Shown one piece after another: positions 25,030 through 39,496 of a stretch of 64,000 nt of DNA. The DNA is taken from the NCBI RefSeq assembly GCF_004010195.1, contig NW_025215356.1, positions 1 to 64,000 of the forward strand, written 5' to 3'. Made by a program: the position numbers and the translations under genes. Source of the DNA: Chiloscyllium plagiosum. Taxonomy: Eukaryota. Each line of letters begins with the position of its first letter. The stretch's first letter is position 1. Under the pieces are notes generated by a model that made no database searches, was not told the DNA's origin, and saw only the letters and a program-made list of their open reading frames with translations.

Positions 25030-26064
25030 CTGGAAGGTTAAAAAAAGATGCATTTGAAAAATTCTGACTGAAGAAAAATTTGCCCAGCCAATCAAATAAG
25101 AGTATGATGGTTTGGCACCTCAAAATGCAGCACAGAAGTGAGTATTGCAAAGTTGGAGTGTGAATATTCTTTAACTATCATTCAACTATGAGTTTGGAAA
25201 CTTCTAAATGTTACACAAGTCCATTAGGAATAGTCATTATAAACATAATTTAAACAGCACAGAAATAGGCCATTTGGCCCAAATGGTCTATGCTGTGTTT
25301 ATGCTCTACAAAATCCTCCACATTATTTTGTCTTACCCCCTTCATGTATCCTTTTATTTCTTTCTCCATCATGCAGTTATCCAATTTCCCCTTAAATCTG
25401 TTATCTTCCTCCAATTAGTGCTCATCTCTCTCTCTCTGGGAAAAGTAGTTGCTTCCGGATTCCTTATTGACTACACTCAACTCATGTGAAAACTTTGAAG
25501 TAGTAAGCAAATAAGAATTTTTGTAGACAAACAAAAAAAATAACAATTCTTTGGGCAGATACTTAGAAGGGAGAAGCTAGAACAACTGGGATGACTGGTA
25601 AAATTGAGGCTAGCAGAGCAAGAGGAAAATGAAGGAAGAGATTTTCCAACAGTTGCAGAAGCAGAATAGATGTAAAATATTAACCACTATCAAGGACCAT
25701 GAAATTTGGAGAGGCATGATCAACAATATTATAAAACATAGTACCTGAAATAGTGACTGTGTTGTATTTGTGACCATTAGTGTTAGTCTCCCCAAGTGAA
25801 AGCTGCCTCTTAAACACTTTCATAACTTGAAACACCTTGAATAGGTCACTATTCAGCTTTACCTTTCCTCTAGAACCCCAAGTCCATATTTTTCCTAATA
25901 TTGATGAGTCATCAGGCGCACTCATTAGTTTTAATGATTTTTAAGCACAAGTGCAAACATTTTTCATTAATATGTATTGTCAGTTATTAATATGCATTGT
26001 TAATCACTTATAATTTTACATGCAATGGTTTGTACTTGTTGGGCAGCAGTTGCTGAATACAAAA

Positions 26065-26490
26065 CCAAAACATACAGGAGCAGAATGAGGCCACTGGGCC
26101 AAGCTAGACTGCATTCGATCACAGCAGATACAATTCTCAATCCCATTCTCCTGTCTTCTCCCCGTAAACCTTGATCTCTTACTAAGCAGGAATCTCTGTT
26201 GTAGAATACATTGTGACTTGGCCTTCACAGACTTCTGAGGAAAAGAGTTCCACAGATTCATCACCCTCTGGCTGAAGAAATTCCTCATCTGGGTTCCAAA
26301 CAGTCATCCCTTCACTCTGAGGCTGTTCCCTCATCTCTCCTATGAGTGGAAACCATCTCCTTATCCACTATCTCGGCCTCTCAGTACTCTAAATTTCAAT
26401 CAGTTCCACCCCCCTCAATCTTCTAAACTCTACTGAGTACAGGCCCAGATTCCTCTACCACTCCTCACATGACAAGCCGTTCATACCCAG
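26065..26490 (-). mobile_element. CR1 3' fragment
   Basis: RNFFSQRVMNLWNS motif in ORF 26016..26288. Confidence 0.8.
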
Positions 26491-29007
26491 ACGTACTAAA
26501 AGTTACACAAATAACCAATATAAGATGATCACATTTGCTGGAAGCTTTGTATCTTCACATGCAGGACCTGTCCCCTGCAGCAAAAAAAATGTCCAGGCAT
26601 TTCATCTTTTTAAAATTAAATAAAAAGATGGGAGACATTAGCTCCAATGCACACGCTCTATGGTAATGCCTCAACCAATCAGAATCAACTTACTTACCAA
26701 CTAACATCCATTTCTCCTGAAGTATAAATTGCTGCTCTCTTTGAACTCTGGCACTCTTGCCTCTGTCCTGATGAGTGCAAGGTGAAAAGCTTTGATAACA
26801 TGTCTCCTTTTTCAGCAATAAATTTACACTCGAAGAAAATAAAGACACAAACTTCTACAGAATTTTTCACAATCTCAGGACATCTCAAAATTATTCCAAA
26901 GTTTACAGTATGGTTTCCTCAGTTCTAACAACAAAGCTTCTGCCCAGCTGTTATTAGACTATCGAATAGACTCTCTAGCCTCCAATAATGCTGATTTTGC
27001 TAATGTTGATCTCTCTTTTACACCCTTTGCAATGTAATCTTTATGCCTGTCTAATCCTCTCTGAAGCTGTACATCCTCGCTTACTATGATCTGCCTGTAC
27101 TGCTCGCAAACAAAGTTTTCACTGTACTTCGGTACACGTGACAATCAAAACGAGTTTAGAAATCAGCTGCTACTTCTCCACCCTACTCCCATAAATTACA
27201 ACTGTCAAGAAACAACCATTTATCCTGTAAATGCACTTAATGTTGAAACTGCATTTCATCCCTGGTCCTACTGTCAGTGTAAGTGCAGCAGATGTCCCAC
27301 AATCAAACAACTGAATTTTTCCACCAAGCAGAGTTCACTTGAAAATATCCCACTGACTCTGATAATTAGAATCTTGCTGCCTCAGTGCCCTGGCCCTTGG
27401 AAGACGAGCTGAACTCCTGTCAAGGGTAGGAAAAAGATAAGCTGTTCTCGACGTCTTTCACAACTTCAGTATGCCCCAAAGCGCTTTACAGTTAATGAAG
27501 GTCAGTGTTGAAATGTAGAAAATGCAGCAGTTGTTTTGCACACGGCAAAGTCCCACAAACTGCCAAACAATAACAACCAAATATTATGCTTTAATGATGT
27601 TTGAACATTTTTGTTTAGTTTCGGTGTTTCCAAATCCAGTTTTTAAGTTTGGTTTTAATCCTGGGTCTTCCCACCGCAGAACTCATCTGAGCTGAAGTGC
27701 CAATTCATTAACACCAGGAATGTGCAGTGACCCATATAATCAAAATGCACTTGAAATACTGGGAAAATGCACCTACACCATCTGGATACCTGAAACTCCA
27801 ACTTGGGTCAATATTCCCTACTGTGCACAAGGTGTCAGATCAGGTTATCAATGGAAGATGTGCTTTTGTTGCCTTGTGAATCAATACTGAATAGCTAGTT
27901 CTGCAAGTTGCTTCGTAAAGTAATGACATTCTATGTCCCATCCATCACTAACCCTTACAAGCTAGCTGATTCATCGATAGAGATTGAGATGATGAATGGC
28001 AGAGTGGATTAATCTAAAGTGCTTGATTAGAATTCCAGCCAAGTTGGAGACACAGTGGGACCAAAATAAATCCATACAAGTCTCAATATCCAGAGAACAG
28101 GCAACACAGACGGACAGTTTTATAATGTGTGCTGTATTGTAAAAGCTCCAAAGAAACATGCAATTAACAACCTGCAGTTGTTTATAGCTAAGGCAATGAT
28201 TTACTCTTCATGGAATGGTACTTTCAACACCTCCAGCGCAGTATTTGAGCAGCAAGTGACCAACCAACAGAATGTTATGACATATCGAGTAACTTGCCCA
28301 ACATACAACAACTTCAACACAAACCACATCATTACAGGCCTAATTAAAACCATTATCTCTGCCCTTACCTGCCTCCCATCCAGCACCTGGATCCAATCCC
28401 CATCACAAAAGCAACTTTTTAAAAAAAGCCTAGAATTGCATATAAATCAAATTCAGCATATTGAAAATACCCTCTATTCGACAGCTCCCAGGTGGAGCCA
28501 AATTAAACTGTTTGAATACACCTTGTTATCAGCATCAGATTCCATCATAATGCACGATACATTGGAGTTCTTTCAGAATGCCATATCCTGCTCATAGGTA
28601 CTTTGGCTCAGCACTTCAATTAACATAGCTCTCATGAGGCTCCCAGTGACACTCCCAAAAATCAATTTCAAGAATCATCAGGTTCCTCTGCAGCTCCATG
28701 TTGCAGTCTATTCTCCCAATCAGATCTTGCATGCCTCCAGCAAAGACCTACCAGTCATTTCCAGTCTTTCCTATTTCAACAATAACAGACTGTTTCTCAA
28801 CATTGTGATACTATCCTGTGCAAAATTCCTCAGTTGAGCAAAGACTTCTATTATAACAAGCTTTCAATCGAACCAGCGAGTCCACTTTGATGCCTGCATT
28901 CCATGAATTAATATAAGCATGAGTCTACAACTTTCTGAATGAGCTCTACTGACCGAGCAACAGCTAACATGCTTGCTGTGAGAATGTTATTTTCAATTAC
29001 AACGTAC

Positions 29008-29145
29008 CTGCAGCAGCTGTGTGGCAGCAGCCCTTTGTTCTGGGTTTTTAACTAAACACTGCTTTACAAAATCTGTAAATTCATCCGTCCAGAGTTCTGG
29101 TTTCCGGAATGTTGGCGGTGGGTTTGTGGGAATCATGAAAATAGC
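29008..29145 (-). CDS. STK4: STK4 exon (exon 7 equivalent), AIFMIPTNPPPTFRKPELWTDEFTDFVKQCLVKNPEQRAAATQLLQ
   Basis: Acceptor ttctacag|GCT, donor CAG|GTACG. 138 nt. Confidence 0.96.
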
Positions 29146-29529
29146 CTGTAGAATAGGGGAAGAATATATATTCAGGTCACTTGCAAACATTTCATTAAAT
29201 ATGCAAAGCTGAGATTCGTTGAAGAAAAATGCCACTGTAGAAGATCTAAAGGTCAGCTCTCTGGTGTCACATCCAGTAACTAGCTACTTTAATGTGATAT
29301 TTATAATTTATAAATTATTTGATAACACTTTGTGAAGATAATTTCTCATCAATTACAGCCTCGAGTGCTACAGAACATTGGCAGTGAACATTTCTAAAGA
29401 TTCAAACTTAAAAAGTTTGTACATGTTCCAACTCTGGAAAGTAATGTGAACCCCTAACCAGAAGACTTGGGGCATATGAAGTGCAACTCATGTAGATGTG
29501 AAGCTCGGTCTTTATTTACAGGCCAACAT

Positions 29530-29945
29530 TCAAGAAGCTCAAAACCAAGCAAGACAAAAAGAGCCAACTTGATTGGAACCCCATCTACCACCTTAAACAT
29601 TCACTCCCTCCAAAAGTGTTTAGTGTGTGCCACCTATAAGATACAACTCCCCGAGGCTCCCCTAATACAGCCTTCCAATCTCTGGCCTCCACTACTAAGA
29701 AAAGTAAGGGCAGCAGATACATGGGAGCACTACAGTCTGCAAGCTGTCCTCCAAGAGGTACATGATCCTGACTTGGGCTATAACACCGTTCCTTAAGTAT
29801 TGCTGGGTCAAAATCCTGGAACTCCTTCATTAAGGGCATTGCGGGTCAACCGACAGGACATGAACTGCAGCAGTTCAAGAAGACAGCTCACTACCACTTT
29901 CTCCAGGTGATTACAGATGGACAATAAATGGCAATGGCCACATTC
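29530..29945 (+). mobile_element. CR1/L2-group LINE 3' fragment
   Basis: LIGTPSTTLNIHSL..VCATYK remnant. Homologous to 50640-51060. Confidence 0.6.
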
Positions 29946-29982
29946 CAAAAACAAATTTTAAAATGTGAAATGAAGAAAGTTC

Positions 29983-29988
<6 letters not shown>

Positions 29989-30016
<28 letters not shown>
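29989..30016 (+). repeat. (CA)14 microsatellite
   Basis: Seen directly. Confidence 0.95.
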
Positions 30017-30018
<2 letters not shown>

Positions 30019-30149
30019 GTGGTCAGCTATTGTAGCAAAAGCAAAAAATCTTTCTACAATCCAGCTTTTATCATAAGAGTTAGGAGCAGGAGGCCAATCA
30101 GTTCCTCAATCCAGCCCAGCCATTCAATAAGATGATGGTTTTTCAAATG

Positions 30150-30482
30150 ATAGAATCCCTACAGTATGTAAATAGGCCATTTCGCCCATCAAGTCACACC
30201 AACTCCACCTAAGAGTATTCCACCCAGATCCACGTCTCTTACCCTACTCCTATAACTCTGCATCCCCATGGCTAATCCACATAGCCTGTACATCCCTGGA
30301 CACTACAAGGCAAATTCGCATGGCCAATCCACCTAAACTCCACATCTTTAGGCTGTAGGAGGAAACCGGAACACCCAGAGGAAACAAATGCAGACACTGG
30401 GAGAACATGCAAACTCCACTCAGACAGTTGCCTGAGACTGCAATTGAATCCGGGTCCCTGGTGCTGTGAGGCACAGTGCTAA
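30150..30482 (-). mobile_element. HE1 SINE
   Basis: Reverse-strand V-core and tRNA head. Confidence 0.85.
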
Positions 30483-30789
30483 GCCTGAACTATCCGAGGT
30501 CTCAAAGCTCCTTTTTTGTGCCAGCTCATAACCCTCAACTCCCTGATATTTCAAAACACTGTTTAACTCAATTTTAAATACTTTCAATGATTGAGCCTTC
30601 ACAATTCTTTGGAGTAGAGAATTACAGGCATCCCTACCCTCAGATAAAATTCCTAACATTTCAGTTTTAAATGAATGTCCCCTTATTCTGAAACTATATC
30701 CCCTAGCTCAAGATTTGCCCAACAGTGGAAACATCTCAACAACACTCAGAATCCTGTACAATGTCCATCAGGATTGAATGTTGGGCACC

Positions 30790-31250
30790 CTTGGACAAAA
30801 TGTTGAGCTGTTGTTTACTCTTTCAAAAAAGTGCTGTTTCTTTAGCACCTTTCACATCAGATATCCCAAATTCTTTATTACCAATTGGAATAATCTTGAA
30901 CTTATGTAATGTAGGAAATCTGCTAGTCAATTTGCCCATTGCAAGACTTCTGATAGATTAACAACCAGAAAATTGTTTTGCTAGGTTGACTGAGGGATGA
31001 AAATGTGATGCCGAGACATCCAATCATCTCTGAATGGTGCCATGGCATCTTGAAAATCCATCTTAGAGGGAAGATAGGATCTTAGTCTTAAGTGCAGGTG
31101 ACAACTCAAGTAGTGCAACAATCCCTCTGTACTGCAGTGCAGTACCAGCCTAGATACTTGTGCTCTAGGGCTTAGAATGGGACTGAATATGCAACCTGTT
31201 AGTTCAGAAATATGAATGCTGCAGACTGAGCCACAGCTGACACCTCCTTT
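30790..31250 (-). mobile_element. Deu-domain SINE, degenerate
   Basis: Reverse complement resembles the head, core and tail of 1165-1610. Confidence 0.5.
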
Positions 31251-31669
31251 AACAGATGCAGACTCGCAACACACTTCCTGCACCTTTTATTACAACTTTT
31301 CTTGTTTCCTTTTCCATTCTAACAATGATAAGAGCACTCTGTTAGAATTACTAACCAGGTTGTAAACAAGAGCATTTAATTAATTAAAGATGTTCTCGTT
31401 TATGCTCTCTGCAAATGTCAAAACATTATTTAGGGCAAAGAGGCCACATTGTAGCATTGCTTTCTACTGGCCCCAATGCCAGCTCAGTACTGCAAGTAAA
31501 TCCAATTAGCCATGATCGTGTTAAACTGTGGAACAGGTTGGAGGAGCTGAATAGTATCCTTAACTTTGAAAGTCACATTACTTTCTTCCCACTTGGAGTG
31601 TGTTTTCGGACTACGTGTTGTGGAGAATGGTGTAAACTAAACAGTGTAGGATGGGACGTGAACACTTCA

Positions 31670-32110
<441 letters not shown>

Positions 32111-32834
32111 CTATTGAAATGTACTATTCAATATGCTTCCACTGTGCAGTGATTTCCAGGTTATTGAAAATAAACTCTGTGCAGAACTGCTATAGGCAGA
32201 TATACATTGCTGTCATTTTTGAAACAATGGATTGATTAATTATTTATTAAAAGGGCTGAATTTAATCCAAATTTCCAATAAATGCGCTAAGTGCAGACCT
32301 GGAGTTAAAGTAGAGACCAACAATTAGCTTCACACCCTAATGGGTAGAGAGGGTGGAAATAAGTCATAATAACATTGCCCAATTATTATTCAGAGATCTT
32401 TGTTAGGAAATGTAGTAGTGCAGGATGTTTAGGGCAGATTCGTAGAATTGCACAAAATTTACAGCACAGATACAGACTACTCAGTCTAACCAGCCTACAT
32501 CAATGCTCATACTTAAGAGTCTTGATTCACTTCTCTTCTATTCATCATACTCTACTGTTACCTTCTGTTCATTACTCTGGCTTCTAATGAAATGCATCTA
32601 CACAAGTACTCCCCAAAAACAGAGTTCCACATCTTCTTTTGAATTTCCTGAATTCGTAGTGTTTGTTGTGAGATTATATCCAAAGTCTGACAGCTTGACA
32701 ACTAAAAATATTTATGCCACATCCACCCAAACAAACTAATCTCAATTTTAAAGATCGCTTGGTCCCTGACTGAAAATACTTGGGTTTAGCATCACCTTGT
32801 GGCCAAGTGGAGAATACAGACAGACAACACAAAC

Positions 32835-33630
32835 AGCTCAAAAGAATTTGATATAGATGTGTGAGGTCTTGCATTTTGCAAAGACAAAGTTGCATAGTGA
32901 ATGGTAGGACCTAAGGGGTCTAGTGAAAGACAGGGACCTTGGAATTCAGGTGCATGGTTCTCTGAAAGTGAAGTCACAGGCAGACAGGGCAGTAAAGGAG
33001 GCTTTTGGCACATTGGCCTCCATCAGTCAGGGCACTGAGTATAGAAGTTTGGAAGTTATGTTGCAGTTATACAGGATGTTGCTGAGGCTGCACTTGTCGA
33101 GTGCTGAGTTCAGTTTTGGTCACCTTGTTATAGGAAGGATATTATTAAACTGGAAAGACTGCAGAAGAAATTTACAAGGATGTTGCCTGGACGCAATGGT
33201 CTGAGTTATAGGGAGAGGTTGGACAAGGTAGGACATTTTTCTTTAAAGCGTTGGAGACTGAGGGGGCACCTTATAGAGGCGTATTGGATTATGAGGAGCA
33301 TGGATAAAGTGAATGCACTCAGGATTGGGGAATCAAGGACTAGAAGACATCAGTTTAGGGTTAGAGGGGAAAGAATAAAACAGAACCTGAGGGGCAACTT
33401 TTTCTTTTTACACAGAGGGTGATACGCATATGGAATGAGTTGCCAGCAGAAATGGTTGAGTCAGGTACATCAACATTCAAAAGGCATTTGGACAAATACA
33501 TTGACAGGAAAGGATTAGAAGGATATGGACCAAATGCAGGGAAATGGGGTTAGCGTGGACAGTCATTTTGGTCGGCACGGACCAGTTTGGGCCAAAGGGC
33601 CTGTCTCTGTGCTGTAGGACTCTGACTCTA
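32835..33630 (+). mobile_element. CR1 RT C-terminus and 3' UTR
   Basis: RDLGIQVHGSLKV and LSYRERLDKVG motifs. (GACTCT)n-type tail. Confidence 0.9.
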
Positions 33631-35321
33631 AATTAGACATTGTTCCAGAACATTAATAGATTGACACGATTCACAGATTGTGTTATTTCTTGTGAATTAA
33701 CCGCGTTGTTTCATGTAACTTGTTCATCAATGACCAAGAGCTCAGGTAACCAATGCCCGTTTGACAGTTACTGATTAGCAAAGATCCACGTTTGACTCCT
33801 TTGATTGGTTGAATTAACTGGCATGAGCTAGGTTTACCAAGTAATAAACTTACCTTTAACTGGGTAGGATCTTCATGAAAGAAAATCACTCAGGTTTGTT
33901 TTTGGAAGAGCAGTAGCATACAGACATGGTTGATTCATTCCAGTAGCATGGGGGAAATTATCTGTCTGCATGCACTCAGTAGGCTCACAAGAGTACATGG
34001 GAAGGAGATCATGTTTTCTGTGCAATCTAAGACTGTATACCCTTTCAAAAGATAGTCATTTGGGTGAGATACTGCTCTGTATTATATTCTGAAACCACAT
34101 AATCAAAAAAGTCTAAACCATATCTACTTCACTTCCTAACATCGTCATCACAGAACAATATCGTTGTCAATAGTCTCTCTAAATCAAGCACGATTGAATA
34201 ATCTATAATAGATACAGACAATTGGCAAGGAAGCCCCCACCATTGAAGGTTTGTAAATCTAAAGACATCTGCCCCTCCCAAGTATGCTATACTTCCCACA
34301 ATTTTCTAATTATTCATATATTATAGCACTTACTCTACACTGTACTAAAAGAGCCCACACCTGGGTTATGTTCTCAAGTCCTACTGTGGCACTCAAACCA
34401 CTATCTCCTGGGAAAAATGATAATACCAATACCATGACAAGTACAGGAACAGCATGAGTTCACTAGACCCTTAGAGTCAGCTTGACCATTTAATAGCATC
34501 CAGTAATCTGCATCTCAATTCCACTTACCCACCTTTGTTCCAGATTCCCATGATAGCTTCATCGAATAATATGTAATCTATTCATCGTAGTCTTTTGATG
34601 GGGCCACAAACGTGTCTTATGGAAAGAGTTCCAGATTTCCAGAGTCTTGCTTAATTATTTACATTTTATTTTACTTCTTCATGACACCCCCAGAGATTTT
34701 CTGCATCTGCTTTATCAAAGTCTTGTAATGTTTTAACTACTTCAATGAGACTACCCTCAATCATCTATATTGAAGGGGATACAAACTTGTGTGAGTATTC
34801 TCACAACATAATCCCTAAAGTCTGCCTGGGTTGGATCTAATCTGTAAAACATTTACACCTAAATAGCTAGAGATTAGCTTATAAATATATAAAAACATCA
34901 TGTTTTACTTTGCTTTTCTGAAGCTTCTAACTCATACTCTTAAGCTGCAATGGCCAGTGCTTTGGAAGAAATTACACCCTCTCATCAGCTACCAACCCTA
35001 GGTTCATCAGAAGCTCAAAGAATGTGCGCTATAATGGCTCCATCTCCAGATCATGTTATCCTCAAACATGGGAACACAATTTATTCATACCCTCCAATTA
35101 ATCCATCCTGGGGAGGGCAGTCCCTGCACCCTTTTAGGCATGAAAATGGTCTTGATTCTGGTCAGTACTTCTTTAACTTTGGAGCTTTACGACTTTACTG
35201 TCCTGGTAAGATAGACAAAGGAAAAACAAACTTGCCATGGGGAAATAACTTGCTAACAAAACTGTCATGTGCTGTTTTGTTACCTGGACTTGTACCATGC
35301 CTCAGTTCAGAGATTACTTAC

Positions 35322-35486
35322 AGTAAGCTGACCAGCAACTCCAAAATCAGCCAGTTTGGCGTGGCCCTCATTGTTGAGTAAGATGTTTCCAGCTTTGATA
35401 TCCCTGTGGATTTTTCTCATGAAGTGTAGATACTCCAGTCCTTTCAATGTGGACTGTAAAATTGTGGCGATCTCGTCCTCTGTTAA
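35322..35486 (-). CDS. STK4: STK4 exon (exon 5 equivalent), [55 protein letters not shown]
   Basis: HRD and DFG motifs. Acceptor ttcag|TTA, donor ACT|GTAAGT. 165 nt, phase 0-0. Confidence 0.97.
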
Positions 35487-36666
35487 CTGAACAAAAAAAA
35501 AACAACAGTTATACAGCATAGCCTTGGAAATATTTCAACAGATCAACTGTTGGACACTTCAACTGTTTTTCATTGTTAGCCATGGTTCACTGGGTAACCG
35601 CAGCAAGTTTACTGCAGTATTTGCTATGTTACAACAATGATTACACTTCAAAATTACTTCACTACCTTTCAAATGCTTTGGTAAGTGCTACAGTTTTGAT
35701 GAGTTCTATAAAAACAATTGTTTCCTTCTTTCAAAGTTCTTGATAAGATTTAGCTTCTAGATAATTCTCAAAAATCTACACAATAATCACATTTTATCCC
35801 ACTGCAAGATGCATATCTACTGGCTTTCTCTCTGAATCTATCATCTGTGCTTCATCCTATTGAATCACCTTCATAGGTTCCCTGTACTCTACCCTCTCTC
35901 CCAATCTGTACTGTAAGCACATATCATCTTTATCAAAATACTTTCATTTATATCATAGGATGTTTTACAGCCAACAATGCATTTCTGAATTATAGTCACC
36001 ACTGTAACATAGGAAAACACAATTTGCTCTGCTTTGATGGTTCTAATCAGTCATTACGTTTCCTCCAGAATTCCAAGATTACAATCTCGGGGCACTTCAG
36101 TGCAATGGTTGGAAAACAACACCCATACCTCCTTGAAGCTCTTGAATAGGGCAAGGAGATGATAACACTTTGGTGCAGACATATTATTTCTGTTTTGCAT
36201 TTAACCAACAGAAACCACCTTCTACATTTTCATCTTTGACCTAGCTTTACCTCAACATTTACTCAGATCACCTTTTTGAAACTCTCACATTGCCGACATT
36301 CTTAAAACTGCTTCCAAGAAGTTGCTTCCCCTTCTGTGGCAAATACTTCACTTAAATACTGAAGGCCATTCAAAGGTAGTTCTCGCTAGCCTCAGGCACT
36401 TAAGATCACAGTTATCCTGGTTACCTGTAACTTCTAAACACTCCATCGCAACAGTGTCTTTTTCTCTACTTTTATGAGTACCACAGTCAATGATCCTCTC
36501 AGCTCTCGGCCTCTTTCAAACAGATACAAACTAATGAGATGAACTACGAGTGATCTGATCGAAGTTTTCAAAATATTAAGAGGAGACAACAGGGCAAATA
36601 TGGAAAGACCATTTCCACTGGTTGGGGATTCTAGAATTAGGGAGCATAGTTTGAGAATTAAGGCCT

Positions 36667-37144
36667 GTGGTGTAAAATTCCAAGCAGTGGAATGTGGTGA
36701 AACGGTTAAAAATTATGTCCCAATACATGTGTGAATCTAACCGGAATGGAGGTGTTGCTTAGTCCCGTGTGAATCTTATTACACACCTCCCCGTGTGAAT
36801 CTTCTTATCTGTATGTAACCAGAATGGAATGTGTTTTTTAGCCTTGCTCTGCTGTTCACATGAATGTTTATATCTGGAAAAGAGTATATCAGCTGGAAAA
36901 GTCTCCAGTTCGGTGAGTCTGCTCCGGGGTTACGTTTAACCGCCGAGCGTGGGTTGTTGGCAACCGCTCTACGAGAACTGACGGCTCCCAGTTCCGGTAA
37001 CATGTAGAGTGAGTATAAGCCAGACCCGTTGTGGCGACGCTGCGGGGAATAAAATGCCCATATTCTAGCAGACTCGCCTCTTGGTCGTTTGTTCTGTGTC
37101 AGACTACTCTCCTACGAACCTGACCTTGAGAATTTTTTAAAACA
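36667..37144 (+). mobile_element. Solo LTR (478 bp, 5-bp TSD) inserted in a CR1 fragment (~36530-37395)
   Basis: TGT...ACA termini. TSD AGGCC at 36662-36666 and 37145-37149. AATAAA at 37048-37053. The host CR1 resumes seamlessly. Confidence 0.88.
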
Positions 37145-37454
37145 AGGCCAGACCATTCAGGAGAGATTTTAGGAAGTACTTCTATACACAAAAGGGAGAT
37201 GTTGTTTGGTACACTCTTCCACAAACAGCAGTTGGATCTGGATCAGTTGTTATTTTTAAATCGGAGATAAATAATTTGTTTGGCAAAGGCTATTCAAGGC
37301 AAATATATAGAGTCAGACCACAGATAAATCCTGATCTCCCAGAAGGATGGATCAGGATTGAGGGGCTAAATGGCCTACTCTTATTCCAATATTCTTAGAA
37401 AGCTTTCCTTTCTCCTCCCTGCATTTTACTTTTGAACTGAAAACATATTATGCT

Positions 37455-37670
37455 GTTTCATAGTGATGGAGATATACAGCACAAACTGACACTTTGCTCC
37501 AACTCTTCCATGCCGACCAGATATCTTAAATAAATGCAGTCCCATATGCCAGCATTTGGCCCGTGTCCCTCCAAACCCTTCCTATTTATATACCCATCCA
37601 GATGCCTTTTAAATGCTGTAATTGTCCCAGCCTCCACCACATCCTCTGGTAGCTCATTCCATACACATTT
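37455..37670 (-). mobile_element. CR1 3' end
   Basis: WNELPEDVVEAGTITAFKRHLD motif. Confidence 0.85.
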
Positions 37671-38029
37671 CCTCCATAAATTCAACATCTCTCAAGATGT
37701 AAAACCAGAACTCCTTTCGCTTTTCAGTTTTGTTCTCCTTCAACATCCTGAGACTGTTACAATACAGGCCCTTGATTTATCTCGCCTTTCCAATTCTGAT
37801 GGGGGCTTTTGATTAGGCCTTTAACTATTTTTCTCATTTAAAAAATAAGCCATTAACTCATTTTAAAGGTTAAGTGACATTTTCTAAGAGTTTCCAACTC
37901 ATATGGATTTAGGCTAAATTTCCATTATGCTGACAATTTGCCCTTAAATGCACACTGCTCTTGGGAACAACAGCACTAATCGACATCATCAAATGTGTTT
38001 TCTCTCAACCCTATACTATACAAAACTTT

Positions 38030-38345
38030 GTGGGTGGCACGATGGCACAGTGGTTAGCACTGCTGCCTCACAGCGCCAGAGACCCGGGTTCAATACCTGC
38101 CTCAGGCGACTGACTGTGTGGAGTTTGCACGTTCTCCCCGTGTCTGCGTGGGTTTCCTCCGGGTGCTCCGGTTTCCTACCACAGTCCAAAGATGTGCAGG
38201 TCAGGTGAATTGGCCGTGCTAAATTGCCCATAGTGATAGGTAAGGGGTAAATGTAGGGGTATGGGTGGGTTGCGCTTCGGCGGGGTGGTGTGGACTTGTT
38301 GGGCCGAAGGGCCTGTTTCCACACTGTAAGTAATCTAATCTAAAC
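38030..38345 (+). mobile_element. HE1 SINE (young copy)
   Basis: Full length, CpG-rich, (AATCT)n tail. Nearly identical to 50318-50640 in the opposite orientation. Confidence 0.93.
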
Positions 38346-39319
38346 CAAAATAGTCTGACATTAGGGTAGAAGTGGAACAATAGATCACTTGGTGGCATAA
38401 TCAAGGAGACAAAACTTCTCTGAAGAAGCCATGCCGTTCATAACTAAGTCAACAGTCCTGGCTTTCTAAATCCCTCCATGGTCTTGTGCAAATTACATGC
38501 AAGGTTACAAGGATAGGGCAGGGAAGCTCTTCAGAGGGTTGGTGTAAACTCAATGGACTGAATTGCTTACTTGCACACTAAGGATTCTTTGATTCCTTAT
38601 GATGAAGTAATTCTGTAATGTCTTCATGTCGCTGGTATTCTGAATATCATTCACGTAATTGGAATTTCTCTGGTCACGTGTCAAAGCAGTTTGAAAATAA
38701 ACATTAATAACCTGTGTAGCTAAAACATTTACTCGGCCTGCCAGCTGTCACTATTTACACTATTTACGCAAGTTGGGATTGGTTTTGACAACAGTGTTCT
38801 GGTGTGAAATGCTTCCTCTGAATTAGCTCAAGAACTAACATAACTGTAACAATAGATCACCAAGTGACATAATCAAGGAGTAAGACTTTGCTGATGAAGC
38901 CATGCCTTTCATTATTCACTCCTATTAGTCAGTAATCCTCGTTTTCTAATCTCTCCATGGTCTTGTGCAAATGCAAATAGTAATTGCTGTGACGTTAGGA
39001 CAAGCACCAAATCTTTAATCACCTACCCAATCAGATGGGCTGAGTAGGGCTAAGATGTTGAGATCATAAGTATCTAACATTCTCATTGGGGCAAAGAAAT
39101 TGACCATTTTGGTTTGTTCTGGCCAACGAACAGAATACCACAAAAAGAGGAAATAGACTGCAGCAGATATTCCAGCATGCAATCCACTCTCATACAAATT
39201 CGACAAATACACAAGTGGATTTGTTGTCCAAGTATCTTATTTCGCTGACCTCTCATACACTAGCTACCATTTAACCCATGTTTCAAAACTATAGCACAAA
39301 GGCGCCAAAATTAATTCCA

Positions 39320-39496
39320 CAACATCAGGTTATAGCCCAACAGGTTTATTTGGAAGTACTTAGCTTTGGAAGCACTGCTCATTCATAGGTAGCTGTGGAG
39401 CAGGATCATAAGACAAAATTGTGTCTATAACCTGGTGTTGTATGCTTTTTAAACTTTGTCCACCCCAGTCCAGCACCAGCACCAGCACCTCCACAT
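39320..39496. mobile_element. Short PLE-like repeat with inverted ends
   Basis: acaacatcaggttatag / ctataacctggtgttgt inverted repeat. Flanking duplication caa(a/g)attaattcca. Confidence 0.55.

Noticed and set aside
28127..28597. 156-aa plus-strand ORF
   Set aside because: No recognisable domain, antisense within an intron, and no splice or codon support.
38016..38324. Recurrent ORFs such as DCGRKPEHPEETHADTGR (also at 9074, 13900, 46989, 50347)
   Set aside because: Chance translations of HE1 SINE copies.
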